DNA of 64,000 nt from Polymyxa betae A26-41 (taxonomy: Eukaryota; Protista; Endomyxa: Phytomyxea), in assembly GCA_003693705.1 (NCBI GenBank), contig RBZT01000631.1:20916-84915 (forward strand). Reading direction: 5' to 3'. Positions 9,707-24,400 of this stretch are shown one piece after another; positions within the stretch are counted from its first letter, which is position 1, and every line of letters starts with the position of its first letter. Made by a program: the position numbers and the translations under genes. A model generated the notes under the pieces. The model saw only the letters and a list, made by a program, of their open reading frames with translations, had not been told where the DNA came from and made no database searches.

Positions 9707-12700
9707 CTAAGCAGATTTCGCTCGTTTCCGTCTTATTTGACGTTCGTGTTCGATCGCACTCAGTGAGGACATGCTATCTTCTTGTCCTAAAACGCGCTGA
9801 ATTACAGCTGTTAATCAAATGCCTTTCTGACTAACCGGTGCTTTCATTGCGATCACTTGGTGGTGAATGTGAGATTGGAGTAGGAAGCGGTGTTGTCCCG
9901 GGATACAGCCTATCAGTATATAAGAAGAATTGCTATACAGCTTTTGAGAGAGTTACTGATTAGAAGTTGAAACGCCGTTGATTTCTAAAAAATGTATCCA
10001 ATCAGTTTTTTCCTGCGGTATGAGCCCATCTCGCGACGCTTGAAGAACACTCACTGCGTGCAGCAATAAGGCTTCTCGCTTCTTAAAGCTGGCTATGAGA
10101 TCCATCGAGTTAAGTCTGTGGCTGACAAACGTTCAAAAAAAAACTTCGAATAATTGCAATCGTAAATGAGTTAACCTTTCTTGAGCGTGCCTCAAATGGT
10201 TGGTCAGGTTAGAAAGTGGCTCATACGCTTGCTGCAGATGCGGTGCACTAAAGCGGAAATAGAAAGGGAAAACGGTGAATGCGTTAAGGTTACAGTTCGG
10301 CTGAATCACTTCGAGAAGTCAGTAAAACAGTGCTGCAGCAAAGATGACTCACATCCTGTAATAGGCTTATAGGAAGAGTTCAAATAACTTTGCTTTTGCG
10401 ACATAACGCAGGTCCATAGTGAGATAGTTTTAGCTCGAAGATGGATATTGCTTCGTTCCTTTTCGCTGTTGCAAAGGAAGGTACCAAATTTGCCTGTTTA
10501 AAATGGTTAATTTTGTAGAGCAGAATAAGGCTAAAACAACTGACATTCAAAAAGTTCATGGGCAATGCGGAGAAGCAGATTCACATTAAATTCGAAAGCA
10601 TTAGGGTATTGGGACATCACCTGCCAGATGGCATCTAAGAACTGAATGAAGACGGGACTTCTTTGAGAATCTGAATACATAGCATCGCCGTGCCCAATAC
10701 GCTATCATCTCTCAGCACTGGTTAGACAACAACAGAACGCAGATTTAATTACTCGGTGGAATTTATGACCAAATGAGAGCCATTCTTTCTCGATCAGCAC
10801 AATGAATCCGGTAAGGGTGCGGTAGAAATCGTCAATCAACAGCATTGACAGAGATACGACTTGCGAAGTGCGATCCCATCCATCGCTACAATGGACTAAA
10901 AGCGACGCTTTTTCAACTGACAGCTTGGTAACTGTGAAAACAGCCGCTAAAAGGATCTGGAATAACCAATCAGCAAACTATTTATGGGGGATGAAGTTCC
11001 AATCCGATACCTGTCTTAGATGTTTGTTCCATCCTGAATCAGCGAGCTCTGGACAGAAATACGAACTTCCAGTGTCAGAACCTCGAATAGAGGACATCAC
11101 GCCAGCAACAGTTTCAACCTAAAAAAAGTTACTTTAATTCACAAAATTAATCTCTAAAACCGTTATGGAATCAAAACAAAAAGCCTCGGTTACCATGACA
11201 CGGAACGAATCTCGGATTACATGAATGTTCTCAATACCCATAAAGACGACTTGGCAGTTTGGGTACCGGTTGGCGCTTTCGAATCCACCACCGAGAACTT
11301 TATTCCCTGAAGCGGCTTTAGCAAGATAACATAAGCTAATAATAATAGAGACCACGAGCGTTGATCTTTGGACGGCAATCAATGACGTAACGAATTTTGG
11401 CAGCAGCAATGAGCTGTTCGTCTTCGATGCAATGGCTCCCAGTAACTCCAGTTCGTGGCTGAGCCGACCTTCATAAAACAGTAAGAACACCAATACAACA
11501 AGAGTATTTTGCCAAACCGCATCATAGCTGCACCAGAATCAGGAATGAAATATGAAAGTACAGGAATACGAGATCGGCTGCGAAATAGAAAGACTTTGTG
11601 CAGCACCTCGTTCGAAACCGATGACGGTACAAAGAAGAGCGGCGGGTACGTTGGACAGAAGCCGAACTCGAAATTTAATGTGACACGGCGCCAATGAGGC
11701 GAGAAGGTTACCCCCTAGAAAACCTAAATGCAAGATACTGTCAAAGACAGAAGAGTACTACCATGCGCTGATATTCTTTCTCGGCTGTATATATATCCCA
11801 CCCGTTGTCAGGTACCGAAACCGACAGCTTGTACCGGAAAGCGAAGAGTTGGTCGAGGTTTTGTGGCCAGGCCGCCCAATAAACCAGATCGGTGAACTCA
11901 GCAATCATTTGGTCACGATTTACTTTGCTGGTGGGTAGCATCTTGAGACGATAGCGCAGGACCTGATTGTCTTTCAAAGTTATTAGCAGGATCTTGTCGC
12001 CTCCTGCAGCGTCCGAAACTGGTTTTACCCCGAATTTCAGAATCGAATGTACTCCTACCGTTGAGTCGTATCCACTAATAGGGAGAGACGATGCAGAAAA
12101 ATTGCCATGAAGGCAATCAGAAACGTCTTTAGAGTCTCGAATAAAGATTAATCGATACGTGGTTAAGAGAAGCGAGCCTAAAGTACATATTAAGCCAAAG
12201 GCTATATTGAATGAAAAAATTACCTCTAGGTCGAGGTGGTGTATTCTCATCGATTACAGCATAGAGCATACGTAGAACAATTTCGCCATTAACCAGGGAA
12301 TTTCCTAGTGGAAACGAAGGCGATTTTCTGGAAAAGCGATCATCAAAAAATACTCTTAGCCTACAGAAAGAGCATACAGAATAGAATCGCGACGTTCGGA
12401 CGGCACGCCATGTTCAGATTCCGAATCGTATTCTTGAAACTGCTCAGATATCGCCCATGTGCTTCCGTTGATATACGAATCATGAAACAGATCGTGGCCC
12501 GATGGCGTTTGATACCAAGTCCAGTTAGTTTGACACTCCAGTTTTGGAACCCCGTTTTTGCCAGAAACAGCAGAAGGTAACAAATTCTAGATGCACACTT
12601 CAGTAACAATTTGAGAAACTGCCGCTAGCTTTACAAATTGGCGAATTTGTTCAGATTGTTCCAGAACTGTCAAAAGATCGCAGCAAGGTGTCTTTAAAAT

Positions 12701-14880
12701 ACTCAAAGACACCGCGTATTCAATTGCCTCGGGGCAAGATGGCGCTAAATCCTCGTGAGAACCTTCCTATAGGCTTAAACAGGTACGAACCATCGAAACG
12801 ACTTTGAGCGAGTTTCGAAAGCGGAGAGGGAAGTATATTAAAGGTTGTTCGAAACGACAGCAGCCGAATAAATTTCTTTAGAAGTGGAATTGTATCTTCT
12901 ATTCTGCAGGTCAAAAAAATGAGGAAAGGCCATAGCACGACGTCACCTGGAATCGAATTACGCAAACACATATCGACACAGAAAGCGATAGCGGTTTCAA
13001 CATTACACCCTACCCAACATTAAGTTGAAAATAAGAAAATTTGAGGGCTTCGAACCCGCGTTCAGTATCCTCCAGGCGAAGATGCATAGCAGGTGAATTA
13101 TAAGAAGTATGCATTCGGCACCTTCCTCGGTTTCATCAATAGAGAGGTTGGGTTGATGAGGAGTGGCGTTAATCGAGTCTAAGCTTATCATTGTCCGAAG
13201 CGTCTCTGATAGCTTAACAGCATACCTCGAGTCGATTCAAGTTCAGAGCGTTCGTTCGCCCAAATATCAAGAAAGAATTGCTCCCAAAACTGGGGATTTT
13301 TAAAGACCTAACAGGCATTAGAATGATGATTATAGCAGCGTTCTTAGTTGCTACCTCATGGTCTCTGATAAATGAGTATAAGAACAGAATTGTCTCGCCG
13401 TCTGAACTAACCATTTTGATTCTCATGGATAATTCTAAGATCATTGAGTTCTTTAGCATAACAATATAGGCCGACTTACCCTTAAACTTTCTACAGGTGA
13501 TGAAATCTCGGTGATTGTTTGCTTCTCGAAGCACAGCGCGAAAGATATCAACCAACGTTTGAAATGCAACAGGCTCGAGTTTCTTTTCGACTTGCTATGT
13601 CGTGGGTGACCAACTCATTCATGTAAACGAAAACGATAAATCTTACAACAGCAGCATTAAGTTGGGTATAAAACTGTTGCCTTCCTGATTCAGTTTTGAA
13701 AAGCTCAAGAAGTGATAATATAATTCCTCCTAGAAACTTCCGACATGGCTGCAAAGAAGCTTCCTTAGTAATGATAGGAATGAGAAAGGTAGCATTAAAT
13801 CCAAACCTCAGTGGAGGAAAAGATGATATGGATAAAGTCTTCGACAACTGTCGAGACCTTTTTGGTCTTCGATATAGCCTTATCCTTGCGAAGGAATCTA
13901 AAACTCACGCCTGAAGGTTTTGAGCTCTAAATTGGTTTTTAAATTTAAAAAATAACCTGAACGCGACGTCGATGACGAATTGGAATGCGAATCAGAATGT
14001 GAAGGAGAAGGACATCTCGTTAAGCAATGGCTGATATCAGGAATTCCTGGTATTATTCCAAATAGTAAGTTAGCTATCTATCCAATAAGATGTTAGACTA
14101 CTGGATTATCGGTGAAATCAACCCAAAATAGACCTTCTGATCGTCGCATACAACGGGTATACTAGAAATTTCAATGTTCTCACAGGTGTAATGACCAACA
14201 GGTATCCGAGCAACACCCAGACATACATCACTTGTTGAGCATTCGCCAGCATCAGGCGGTTTGATATACAGGTGAACGACAATATCAGGATAGCACTGAT
14301 CAGTAAACTCTTTATGGATTTTTCTGAAAAGTCGTTCAGCATAAGAATTTATCTCATACCAGTCGTTTACAAAATCATGTTGCTTCCATCGAATTCAAAT
14401 ATCGGCCTTTCGCAGCTGGTCTTTCTTGCCAGATTCGAGCGAAGCATAACGTCGCCGAACTGTACCCTAACGTATGGCAGCCCATCGCCAAGATGCAATG
14501 CGACATTATGCAGAAAGAACACTAGTAGAGATGAATGTGAATGGGTTAGTTTTCGACGGCGGAATGCCGACCATGGAAGTGAATAGAAAGATCGCGGGAC
14601 GAGTACCCAACACCGGATGTTTTCAGTCGCGACCGGCCGCCTTTTAAGCAAAACGCTAGCGGCATGCAGGCTTGGGCGCCGTCCTAGAGCGACGTTGGAC
14701 GACGCAATCTCGCTTGGACGAATTTGCGCTGAAGGGTCCCTCGACAGAGGATGGAGAGAGGCGGGGCCCCTTTCATCACTGACCTTGGCCCTGGGGGAAA
14801 GGGGGGAGGGACCGAAGGAGACAATGAGGCTGCGCAGCTTAATGGAGTCGGTCACGCCCAACCGGCGGAGTCAGAGCCAT
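9707..14880 (-). CDS. Myotubularin-family phosphoinositide 3-phosphatase with C2, SBF2-like and PH-GRAM domains
   Basis: LVHCSDGWDRTSQ at about 10862-10900; GWDIYTAEKEYQRM, RSRSRIPVL, FMGIENIHVIRDSF, IEKEWLSFGHKF. N-terminal PYVRVQFG (C2) and FWEQFFLDIW (SBF2-like). 5' boundary approximate. Confidence 0.85.
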
Positions 14881-15078
14881 AATCGCTGCCCTTTCCAACC
14901 CCGCAGCTTACAGTGGACGAGAGGGGGTTTCAGTGTTGCGTTCCCACGCAGTTGGTCTAGTAAGGTGTGACAAACACCACGATTTACCGGCCTACAACGT
15001 CGCATGCAGAACGGCGCTGAAGAGCCGCGCCTGGCATTGCGTTGTTGCCCAAAAGCACTCGTAGCATTTGATGACCTT

Positions 15079-16906
15079 TTACCGATCTGTTTGTGCTAAA
15101 AGTAAGTTGCTTCTAGCAGTAACGTTAGTGCTGCAGTTAATCACGTGATACTTTCCGTCGAGCCTTGAGACATTATCGGTGGCAACCCGATACTGTTCAA
15201 TATCATGCTGGATGTTGTTACTTGGAACTTCTTGCCCTCCGGCTTGCCCAGAATACCCAGCTCGAATGTTTGATTTATTCCCTGTTATTACCGGTCTCTC
15301 ACAATGAAGTAATATACTTTCCAATGGTGGTGGAATGAGGAACAGCTTCGAAATTGGTAGTAGGAGCACTGCTAGGAGTGCTAGCTATCACGTCAATGCT
15401 TGATTACCTACTATCGGGCTTGCGCTTACAGTACAGCGCCTCCTGTAAAGACCCAACGAACTAGACGAATCCAATCCGATACTGTTTGGTAAAGACTATG
15501 TGCTTTCCTCAAGGTCGTTATCCATTGAACTTGATAATAAGTTCTTATCAAAAACTATCGTTAAAATCAGTGAAGCATTTTGAAGGGGAGGTTGCTTAAC
15601 AAATCATTATCATAGGTAAAGTCTCTTCATCCTTATCATTGGCTTTCACGATGACGAGCAAGTTCGTCGAAAGAGTATCGGAATCAAAACTGAAATCGTG
15701 TATGCGGATGCTGCCACTTTCAGCACAAGGCCATTATATGTTCAAAATCGCTGTCACAAATACGCTCTTCTCGATAATGTCTTTTGAGAAGATACTGAGC
15801 GTTTATGAAATGAGCGCTCCGTCCTTGACAAATCAATACGTCGTAAGTAGAACGAGTCTGCGAACGAAAATTTTCAGAAAGAAAACAGCCTTTCGACCTT
15901 CAAATTTTCCGCATCATGCTGTTGCAAAATTGATCAGCTGTGCATCGGGATGGTGTTGATCGAATTGAAAAGACGTCATGCTCAGCAACGTTCATGAAAA
16001 TACTTTTTGTACAGGAACTACTGACATGGAATACTTCTGCAGTATATCACAGGCTACCACCTGCAATCATGAAATAGCATCGGTATCCACTCTTATGAAT
16101 ATGCTGACTGCATTGGCGAGTTCTGCATAGAAAGTTTCTGATATATACGGGCGCTTCTCTCCAAACGTATGCGTTCTTGTGATCTGCTATTTGTTCAATC
16201 AGCCTACGGTAGCGATGGTATTGCAGAATATTCGGTCTCGAATGAAGCACATCCGCCATGCACTACCATTGACTAATTATTTGAAATCGCAACTCAAGGA
16301 CCGTCAGACAATCCTTTAATACAACCATTAATTGGTTGCAGCAGCAGAATTCTGCAGGTATTCATCTCCGAAGTTTTGGCATCTTACAAGCCATTATCTG
16401 GGGGTCAGTTGTTAGAGAACGCTCCAGGTTCTCGCAAATTGGTTGGTGAATTTTGGTTGCATCCACTGGGTCCAATAACGAACTTTGATTGCCTTGTTCT
16501 ATTGTGTCGACATAATTAGATCTGGATCCCCTCTGCAAATGGATGATATTCTCGCTCTCTGTTTTGCCATTATCTTGCCCCATATGTAGAGAACGACACC
16601 GGTCTAACAATCTCTCACCGCTACCATGATTCATCGGATTCGGAGAAGCTCGTTGACAATCTCAATAGGCTGTTATCACCTACTATAGCTCTGACGAAAG
16701 CTTCGCTCGCTGATATCATATCGAGGCTATCGTGACTTTCCATGGTGGTAACGGCGTCGTCATCGTGGCACTCCTTCATTGAAGGCACCTTGTTCCGCGA
16801 AGGCAACCTACAAGGGATCTGATCTATTGTTGGTGAAGCCGGGAATCTAGATCAAACTGTATTCTGAGACATTTTGGAGTTCAGTTAGTGGCGCAGCGCC
16901 CATCAT
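15079..16906 (-). CDS. Hypothetical multi-exon protein
   Basis: Run of minus-strand ORFs separated by intron-like spacers; no recognised motif. Confidence 0.35.
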
Positions 16907-17186
16907 TGTCTGCCGAGCTGAAGCAGTTTTTCCACAACCATCTGTGGTCGAATAAATCCTTACTGCGATGGTCACACAGTTGCCGGCTGAAAAAACCATT
17001 TTTAGACGGTCCAGAACGCATCAAGCGGGCGACAGGCCTGAGTTTCTTTCGCTAGAAAATCATTATCAATTCGAAATTTTTGTGTTTATAACGCTGTCCG
17101 AGATTATATGGTGAGAATGGAGATCGCGTTGATTACCCATCGGAATCGAAAACTTCCTAAAAAGTAGTATTAGATCAGTGAATCTG

Positions 17187-19295
17187 TCAAGTGAGATTGC
17201 TTACAAAATCATCATCATACGAGCAATCTTCAACCTGTTGCTTGACGGGAAGTTCGTGAATCTGGGGAAGTTCCACTACAGAATCGAAAGAATGATCGGA
17301 ATCAATACCGAAATCATAGAAGTCATTGCCTTCATGTTCAGAATAGCTGTCACGATCTTCGAAGACAGATTCTCTTCTGGATGATGCCCTTTGTACAGAA
17401 TCAGAATCTACAGATAATCGTTTGGCATTGAGAGGTTCTCTGCTGCCAAAATCAGCTTTTGGTTGGCGATCGAGCGCATCGTGGTTATTAGGTTCTTCTT
17501 GATCAACCTTCTCAGACTTGATTGACTCTTCGAGATAAGATTGAGCTCCAGATGATCCAGCTTCATGGCCTTCAACTTTCTCGGCGTCAATCTGCTGTAG
17601 AGTGGATAGGGAAACAACGGCTTCCTGGATTCGATTTTCAGCAATATCGTTTTGTGATGATGGCCCTTGCAAAGGCAGTACTGCCAAACGCTCCATTTGC
17701 AATTCCTTATCATTAATCGGCTTTGTATCTTCAGAGTTTGTTGTGATAATCGGGGAAGAAGCCAACTGCGAAGGTTTCTGCTCGTTCTTTGAATGCGATC
17801 GTTGATGATGGTCTCTCACATCAACAGACGTGATTATGGGAGACGAAGATTCAGTCTGCACTTCCGCAGTAATGAATCTCTTCTCTTCCGCTTCAAGTCC
17901 ACGACACGAACTTAGTGAAACAGGTTCCAATTCGGGCAATGTCCCGACTTCATTTCGAGGTCTGTCCAAAATGACCCTGTTAACGGCGTTGACGATTTCT
18001 TGATAAAGGGTCCCTGATATGGGTGGTTTCTCGCCAACGGTTTGACTTTGATCGGCTACCCGTTCGATCTGCCGAGCGATGGATTGAAGCGCATCCGCGA
18101 TGCTCTGAGATTGATTCAATGAGAATGACGAATCGGTATCAGAACCTGAGCTATCATCACCTTGACAGAATCATCGGTTGCGTGTTGCTGCTTTTTCGAG
18201 CTCATTTTTTCCGATTTCCTTTTATTCTCTTGTGAGACATTGCTCTGAGCATCGGGTAATGAACAGCGCTCCAGTTTCTTCAAGCTGGCAATTCTAAGCA
18301 ACGAAGACGCTTTCGTGGATTTTGGTAGCATGAATCGTGTCCGAGGGCGAACTTTGTTTGACTTGCTCGATGATTTTGAGATATTTCGGTTCGAAGCCAC
18401 TCTGCGTTTCAATGGTCTTCTCGCTCTCTGATTGTTATTTGCTATCGCCTGCTGGTTCTCATTCGATTTTTCAATCCTTTGTTTAGTTTGGGCTGCAATA
18501 TCCAACGAATCGGTTTCATCCGGATCATGATGATAAAATAGACACGGGGCATTATTTTCGAGAAGCGGTCTGGGCATCTGAATCATCAATCAGTAAGTAA
18601 ATCGAATGACTGATTGGTCTCACTCTGTACTGAGAAACATTTCTGGCAGCCAACGCAGTCGTGGTTGCTACAACGTGTTCGCCTTCCGCCACAGTAATCT
18701 TGGTGTTGAAATCTTCAGCTGAAGGCGGTGATGATACAGATGTTATCACCTCTGCGTCGAATTTCTCCAGATGAGGAAGAAGAGATCGTCCTAGACACGA
18801 TAATCGTAAGACAAGATCAACGCGTCCAACTTGATTGGCCATGAGATCTGTCAGGACAAGACGTCCTCTTCGGAATCCTCTTCTTCCAATAACAGCTCCA
18901 CCGGTCAAGTTAGCTGTGTATCCTGATAGGTCGATAGCAGTCGTTCCAATCAATGATCCATCGTGTTGGTCGATTAAAAGAAGATATAATGGAGCTTTGC
19001 ATAACATGATGCTTAATGAGCTCGCAGGTACAGAAAACAGACAGTTCTTCCCACGACAAAACACGATTCGGCCGTTTTCTGATTCGGGTGAACGTTGAGA
19101 GATCACAACAGCTGGAAATGATAGCAGGCGCAATGCAACCTGAAGACATAGAGTTCAATAAACGCTGCAAACAGGAACGATGACGCTGACGATTGGTTGC
19201 CTAATTCGGTCAATTTTTGGCCGGACAACGATTTCATTGATGAAAACTTCAAGAGAGAATAAAGAAAGATCAGGATCTGCATTCGATTGCGACAT
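17187..19295 (-). CDS. MAP10: MAP10/KIAA1383-like microtubule-associated protein
   Basis: LFSLEVFINEI, LRLLSFPAVVI, FCRGKNCLF and RLSCLGRSLLPHL match the MAP10 N-terminal C2-like domain; long disordered C-terminus. Confidence 0.75.
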
Positions 19296-19893
19296 GGAAA
19301 ACGTACAAAACCCATAAAAATGACTTACTCTCAGTGATAGTTGCTGCCAGTCAGTCTGCCAAAGTTTCTGGTCTAAAATATCATTCCGATTGCAGAACGA
19401 ATGCTTTTGTGGAAATCGGTATAAGCTAAAACACATGGTAAAACGTTCGGAAAGGTCCATAGGAAGAAGAGAGAATTCTTGTTTCAACCTTGGGCTGTTA
19501 AACAGGCAGAGTTTCGGGCATCGTTATTACCCTACATTAAAACCGTGATAATCCACGAGGCAACGGTGTAATGCTTGCCAAGTGAAAAGCTTGCAGTAAG
19601 CAGGCAAATAAGGCCTTGTCGAAAACAGTTCGACAAATTTCAAACAGAATGTCGAAAAGGAAGCTTTCCGTCGTTTCGAAAGAAACTGACGAATATAGTA
19701 GTAGTTGGTCAATCATGACAGTTTTTGAAAATCTGTGATCGGTTTTACCGAGACAAATATCACTGCGAGTACGTGTTCCAGGACGATCCGAAACAAAAAT
19801 CGTGGTTGATCATCTCGCGTACTGAATCTGTTTATCAACACGTTATCTGATTGCAGAGAACGCAACGAAGCGGCTTGAATTTGGCTGTTTATG

Positions 19894-21089
19894 ATGGCCC
19901 GGAGCCTAATAGGCTGGTCCACCATCATTCTTATCTTCATTGCTAGAACAACCTGGTCACAGACAACAGTTAAGACGATCCAGGTCACGTCCCTATTAAA
20001 TTTAGATACGTCATCATATTCGAAGGACCTGAAAACGACCTATTGCAATCAGTTTATCACTGAGTTAGGTCTGGCAATAAGCGTGGACAGATCACGGTTC
20101 ACGAATCCTTCGCTAACGTCCTCTGATTCATCAACATCATACATTTCGTTTATTATCCTGCCGCCGACGGCATCGACAGATCTAACTTCGCTTCAAGTTT
20201 ATAGCGCCTATAATACCGAGGTAAGAATTTGGCAAACGGAGATGAAACAATTGTAGGCAGCAGACGGATGCTGATGCGTTGTGTTTCTAGATTCATAAAG
20301 TGGGAAGCACATTGCTAAATGACGAATTAGCTTCACATATTGATCTAACAGCAACTGCACAAGTCAGTACAGTGACATTATATCAATGTAGTGATGGGTC
20401 GTATGTTAGCACGACCGATACATGTCAACCAACATCAACAACAGCTCCATCGAGCATAGATTCTATAGATGGCACTACATTAACCATTATTGAAGCAGTG
20501 GGCGGAGGCGTCATAGTAGCGACGATCTTCCTGGCGGTGGGAATCGCCATTCGCCGCCGCCAACGGCTAGCGGAATTTCGAAAGAATCAATTGTTGCAGC
20601 AAGCTCAGACTAACGGCATCGTCATGGCGAAAATCATCTCGACTGATGACGTGATCCCTTCATATCAAAACCCATATAGGTACATCTTACAGGATTTTCC
20701 ATGAATGTCGGAAATAGCAGCAGAAATTGACTGTACTCAGGGAGACACAATCAGCCATAACGACTTCTATTGGAGGGCCGCCACCATATTCCCAATATTC
20801 GCCACCAATTTCAACACAGGGAATAGCTGTAGGAATCATGGCCCAGCCCGTTTATGCAATGGCACCAGTGCAGCAAGGATTCACTCCTGCGATCCAAAGT
20901 CAAACGGCCAACGACCCGTCATCGCCTTCGATGGGGACAGAGACAGCGAAACAGAGCCAAGCAGGGCCGTCGCGAATCGTCAAGAAGGGCATGAATCTGA
21001 AGCAAATTCGACAGAAAAGAATCGGGCTGGACGCTCCACAAGTCGATCAGGGCGACGAGTCGATGCCAGATACGGATACCGACTTTTAA
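19894..21089 (+). CDS. Type I single-pass membrane protein with signal peptide
   Basis: Hydrophobic N-terminus, Ser/Thr-rich ectodomain, TM IIEAVGGGVIVATIFLAVGIAI followed by RRRQR, cytosolic PPPY motif. Introns at about 20221-20290 and 20680-20740. Confidence 0.7.
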
Positions 21090-21468
21090 GCATGTCGCCC
21101 TTAAATCGGAGACTCTGTTTCATAAAACAATACACAAAATGTAATACCAACGACGAGGTTCGAACTCGCGCGCAGCTTTCGCCGCAGAAGTGCTTAAGAC
21201 TCCCGCCTTAACCACTCGGCCACATTGGCATCTCATACATGAGCTGTCGCCAGTATATACTGAATACTATTAACATACGAAGCCCACTGGCGTAATTCGT
21301 TACAATGTGAGTGGCTTCTGTGATGGACAGATTGGTGTATCGATAACAGATGGTCACCTGTAATAAACAGTCGGTATCAATTGCCATCATAACCTCTCTT
21401 TCGACTTTCAATGGAGACTTTAAACATCCCGGGTTCCAAGGTACTCTGTCCCGATCGTTTTCGTCACG

Positions 21469-24400
21469 ATGGCGGACGATGGTGAGGACGATTTGGTCTG
21501 CCTTGACCTCAATGGATGCCGCTGTACTGATTTGGCTGATGTAAATGCTGCCGACGCTGCCCGAACTGCATTTGCTTTCCTTCAACATAACCATTTATCT
21601 CTCTGGACCGATTTCATACACTTTCAGTCGCCACTGCGAGTTCTGGGTTTGTTCCACCCCAATCACAGGGCTTATCTAAATCAGTCGTAGATTTAAGCCA
21701 TAATTTGTTCATTTCGTTGCCAGCAGGATCGTTCTGGGATGCGTTTCCATGCCTCCAGTTGCTGTATCTTGATAGTAATGCAATTACGTCAGTGGCGTCC
21801 CTTGCATCATTGGCACGGCTTAAAAAATTGAGCGGTCGGCTGGGCTTTTGCTTTGCTTTGTTAATTATGAATGTTATCTGGTAGTCGTTTCATTCGCTCG
21901 AAACCCTGTCGCTGTGAAAACTGGATATCGGCTCGAACTCCTGAACACCCTTCCGCACCTGGCAATGATCGACGATTACATAGTAAGCGACCAGGAACGA
22001 TTACGCCAATGGAATCTTGGTCCTCTTCTGATCCCGACCACGGGTCGCTTCCAGTTCCCCAGGCTGGCTGTGATGCCTGGTGATGGACCAGTATGGCATA
22101 CTGCTTTACAAATGGATATGTTGTAGTTAATAGCCGTTCTAAGCACGTTTGCCGTCTACGACTTGAATTGTATCTGCAACATTTGCATGCTGCCGAGGAG
22201 CGATTATCGCCGATTCGCACTCTACAACGATGGTGGAAGATACAGCGGAATCGACGTAAGATGCTGGAAGAACGGTTAGGTCCATATAGGTGTCGCTATA
22301 AGTCTATAACGGTATTTTGAACAGAATGACCCAGATGACAGGTCGCCTGCAACGTCAGCCAACAGTTCAGGACTTGAAACGTCGCATAACTAGACAGGCG
22401 GTCGGATAACTTTTCATTGCTCGGCATGAAATATTTACATGATAACAGTCAAAGGCATCGTCAGTCGGATCAACTACTCATGTGCGACTGAATTCCGTTA
22501 GTAAAAGTGACGATGAGGTCGATGACGATAATGGAACTACCCGAACTGTTGATGTTGAATATGACACGCGAAAAGTACAGCCAGTTCAGCAACTCGTTGC
22601 AATAGTGATTGAGGTAACTTTGCAGATCCGAAGGCGTGCCGAGATCCAAGAAGAACTAAACACGATAGTATTGGTCGGTCGCGACAGAACAGGAGCATTC
22701 TCTCGGTTGATACTTCAGGCCCGGGCAGTCACTCCTGGCTCCCATGTGCCAGATGATGATCTTGTGGTGACACCTGTCAACATACGTGCCACCCCTACAA
22801 ACGAATTCAAAGTTGCAGTTCGTAATCGGACCTTAACCCAGGTATGCAGACAATCCAAACTAAAATCCGATACGATTTTCTTACAGGCGGTAGCCAACAA
22901 CAAAGCTTTACAGCCAAACGAACCGAACATCTTAATTGGCAGGCGACTTTGTCATCCATGTCGTATGTGGCGGGAATCATTCGGCAGGGGGTGGTCTGAA
23001 AACGCGCTGCCTGATGAGGATTTCCAAGTGTACCGATTCAAAACTCCCAGCATTGGTTTCCGTGAATCTCTTTTGCGATTAATAGCTTCCTACAATTTCG
23101 GTTCGTCTTATCATAGATGCTAGTGTTCATCAGAGATGATTGATGTTCCTTAATCAGATGCGGCCAAACGCGGTCTCAACCCACTCAATGTATTACTCTA
23201 TCGTTATGTTCTTGAGTGGGTCTCAGCCGGGCGTATCCAATGCTTATGGAGGGGATGGCGTCATCGTCGTCAATTCGCAGCATATCTTTATGAAGCTCGT
23301 CGGTGGCGACGAGCTGCAGTTTGCCTCACACAAGCATGGCGAAACTACCTATTGCGGTTACGCTTTTGCATGCTTCGCGATGCTTCAGCAATTTGCAATG
23401 CGATTAAATCCCCAAAATTGTTCCTCTCTCGACCAGCTCTTGATTTACTTTTGGTAGAAGGTCTTGCTGACGATTCTGAACTGCTCAGACGTTTTGCAGA
23501 CCGCTCCGAATCCTTTCCGGCGTTTGCAGTTGTTCCCAGAACATCGCATCTCATTCTCAGTCGCTGAAGGGACTGGCGATCGAGTTGTGCTTTACAGCAA
23601 GAATCCACTATCACGTCCGAGTCCAACTTGGCTTGGTAATGAGGATTTTGATGTTGAAATAGCTGAAAATGAATGCAACGATGATAACCAGCTTCGTTTG
23701 GGGCTTCGTGACCTGATTCAGCGCCACACTGCTTCCGAGCTAAAGGTTGCTTCTTTTGCTATTTGAAATTATTATCGTTGATTTTGATAAAAGGTCTTGC
23801 CGCAAAACAGAACTGTGCAAACTACAGAAAGTTTATGGTTGTTCGAGTTCCCAAGCATAAGGCAAGCCCAACTTCGAGCTTTCCTTCTTTTGGTTCACAC
23901 CTGGGACCCTATTACGAGAACCTTTTGCCATGCGCGGCCGGCCATGTGCAACACAGAAGGAATCTGGATACCGATCGGATCCGAAATCGAACCGCCGACT
24001 GAATACCGCAACGTGCCAAAATTTTCGTCTGCTGCTGATGACAGCGGAGATGAGGCAGCTAGGGCTGCTGTAATTCCCATTATCCGATCGCATGTAAATG
24101 AAAATGGCGTTGACAAGCTGATCCACTTTATCGACAGGTTAATGGTAATGCTAGGTTGTCCGTCTTGATGGCTCAATTCCATGTCAGAGAACTAGTTGAA
24201 ATCGACCCCGAAGTCGCTGAGAGCCATGGTTTGAAATTACCTGAATATATTGAGGAGGCCACTATTGTCGACGATCTCATCGATATCGGAGATTTCTTGC
24301 TCCCCGATTTGGAAGTACGTGTGACGGCGCTAGTTCCCATTACAGAACTGATCGTAACTTAACTGGCTTAGATCGATGATTACGACCAAGACTTGGAAAC

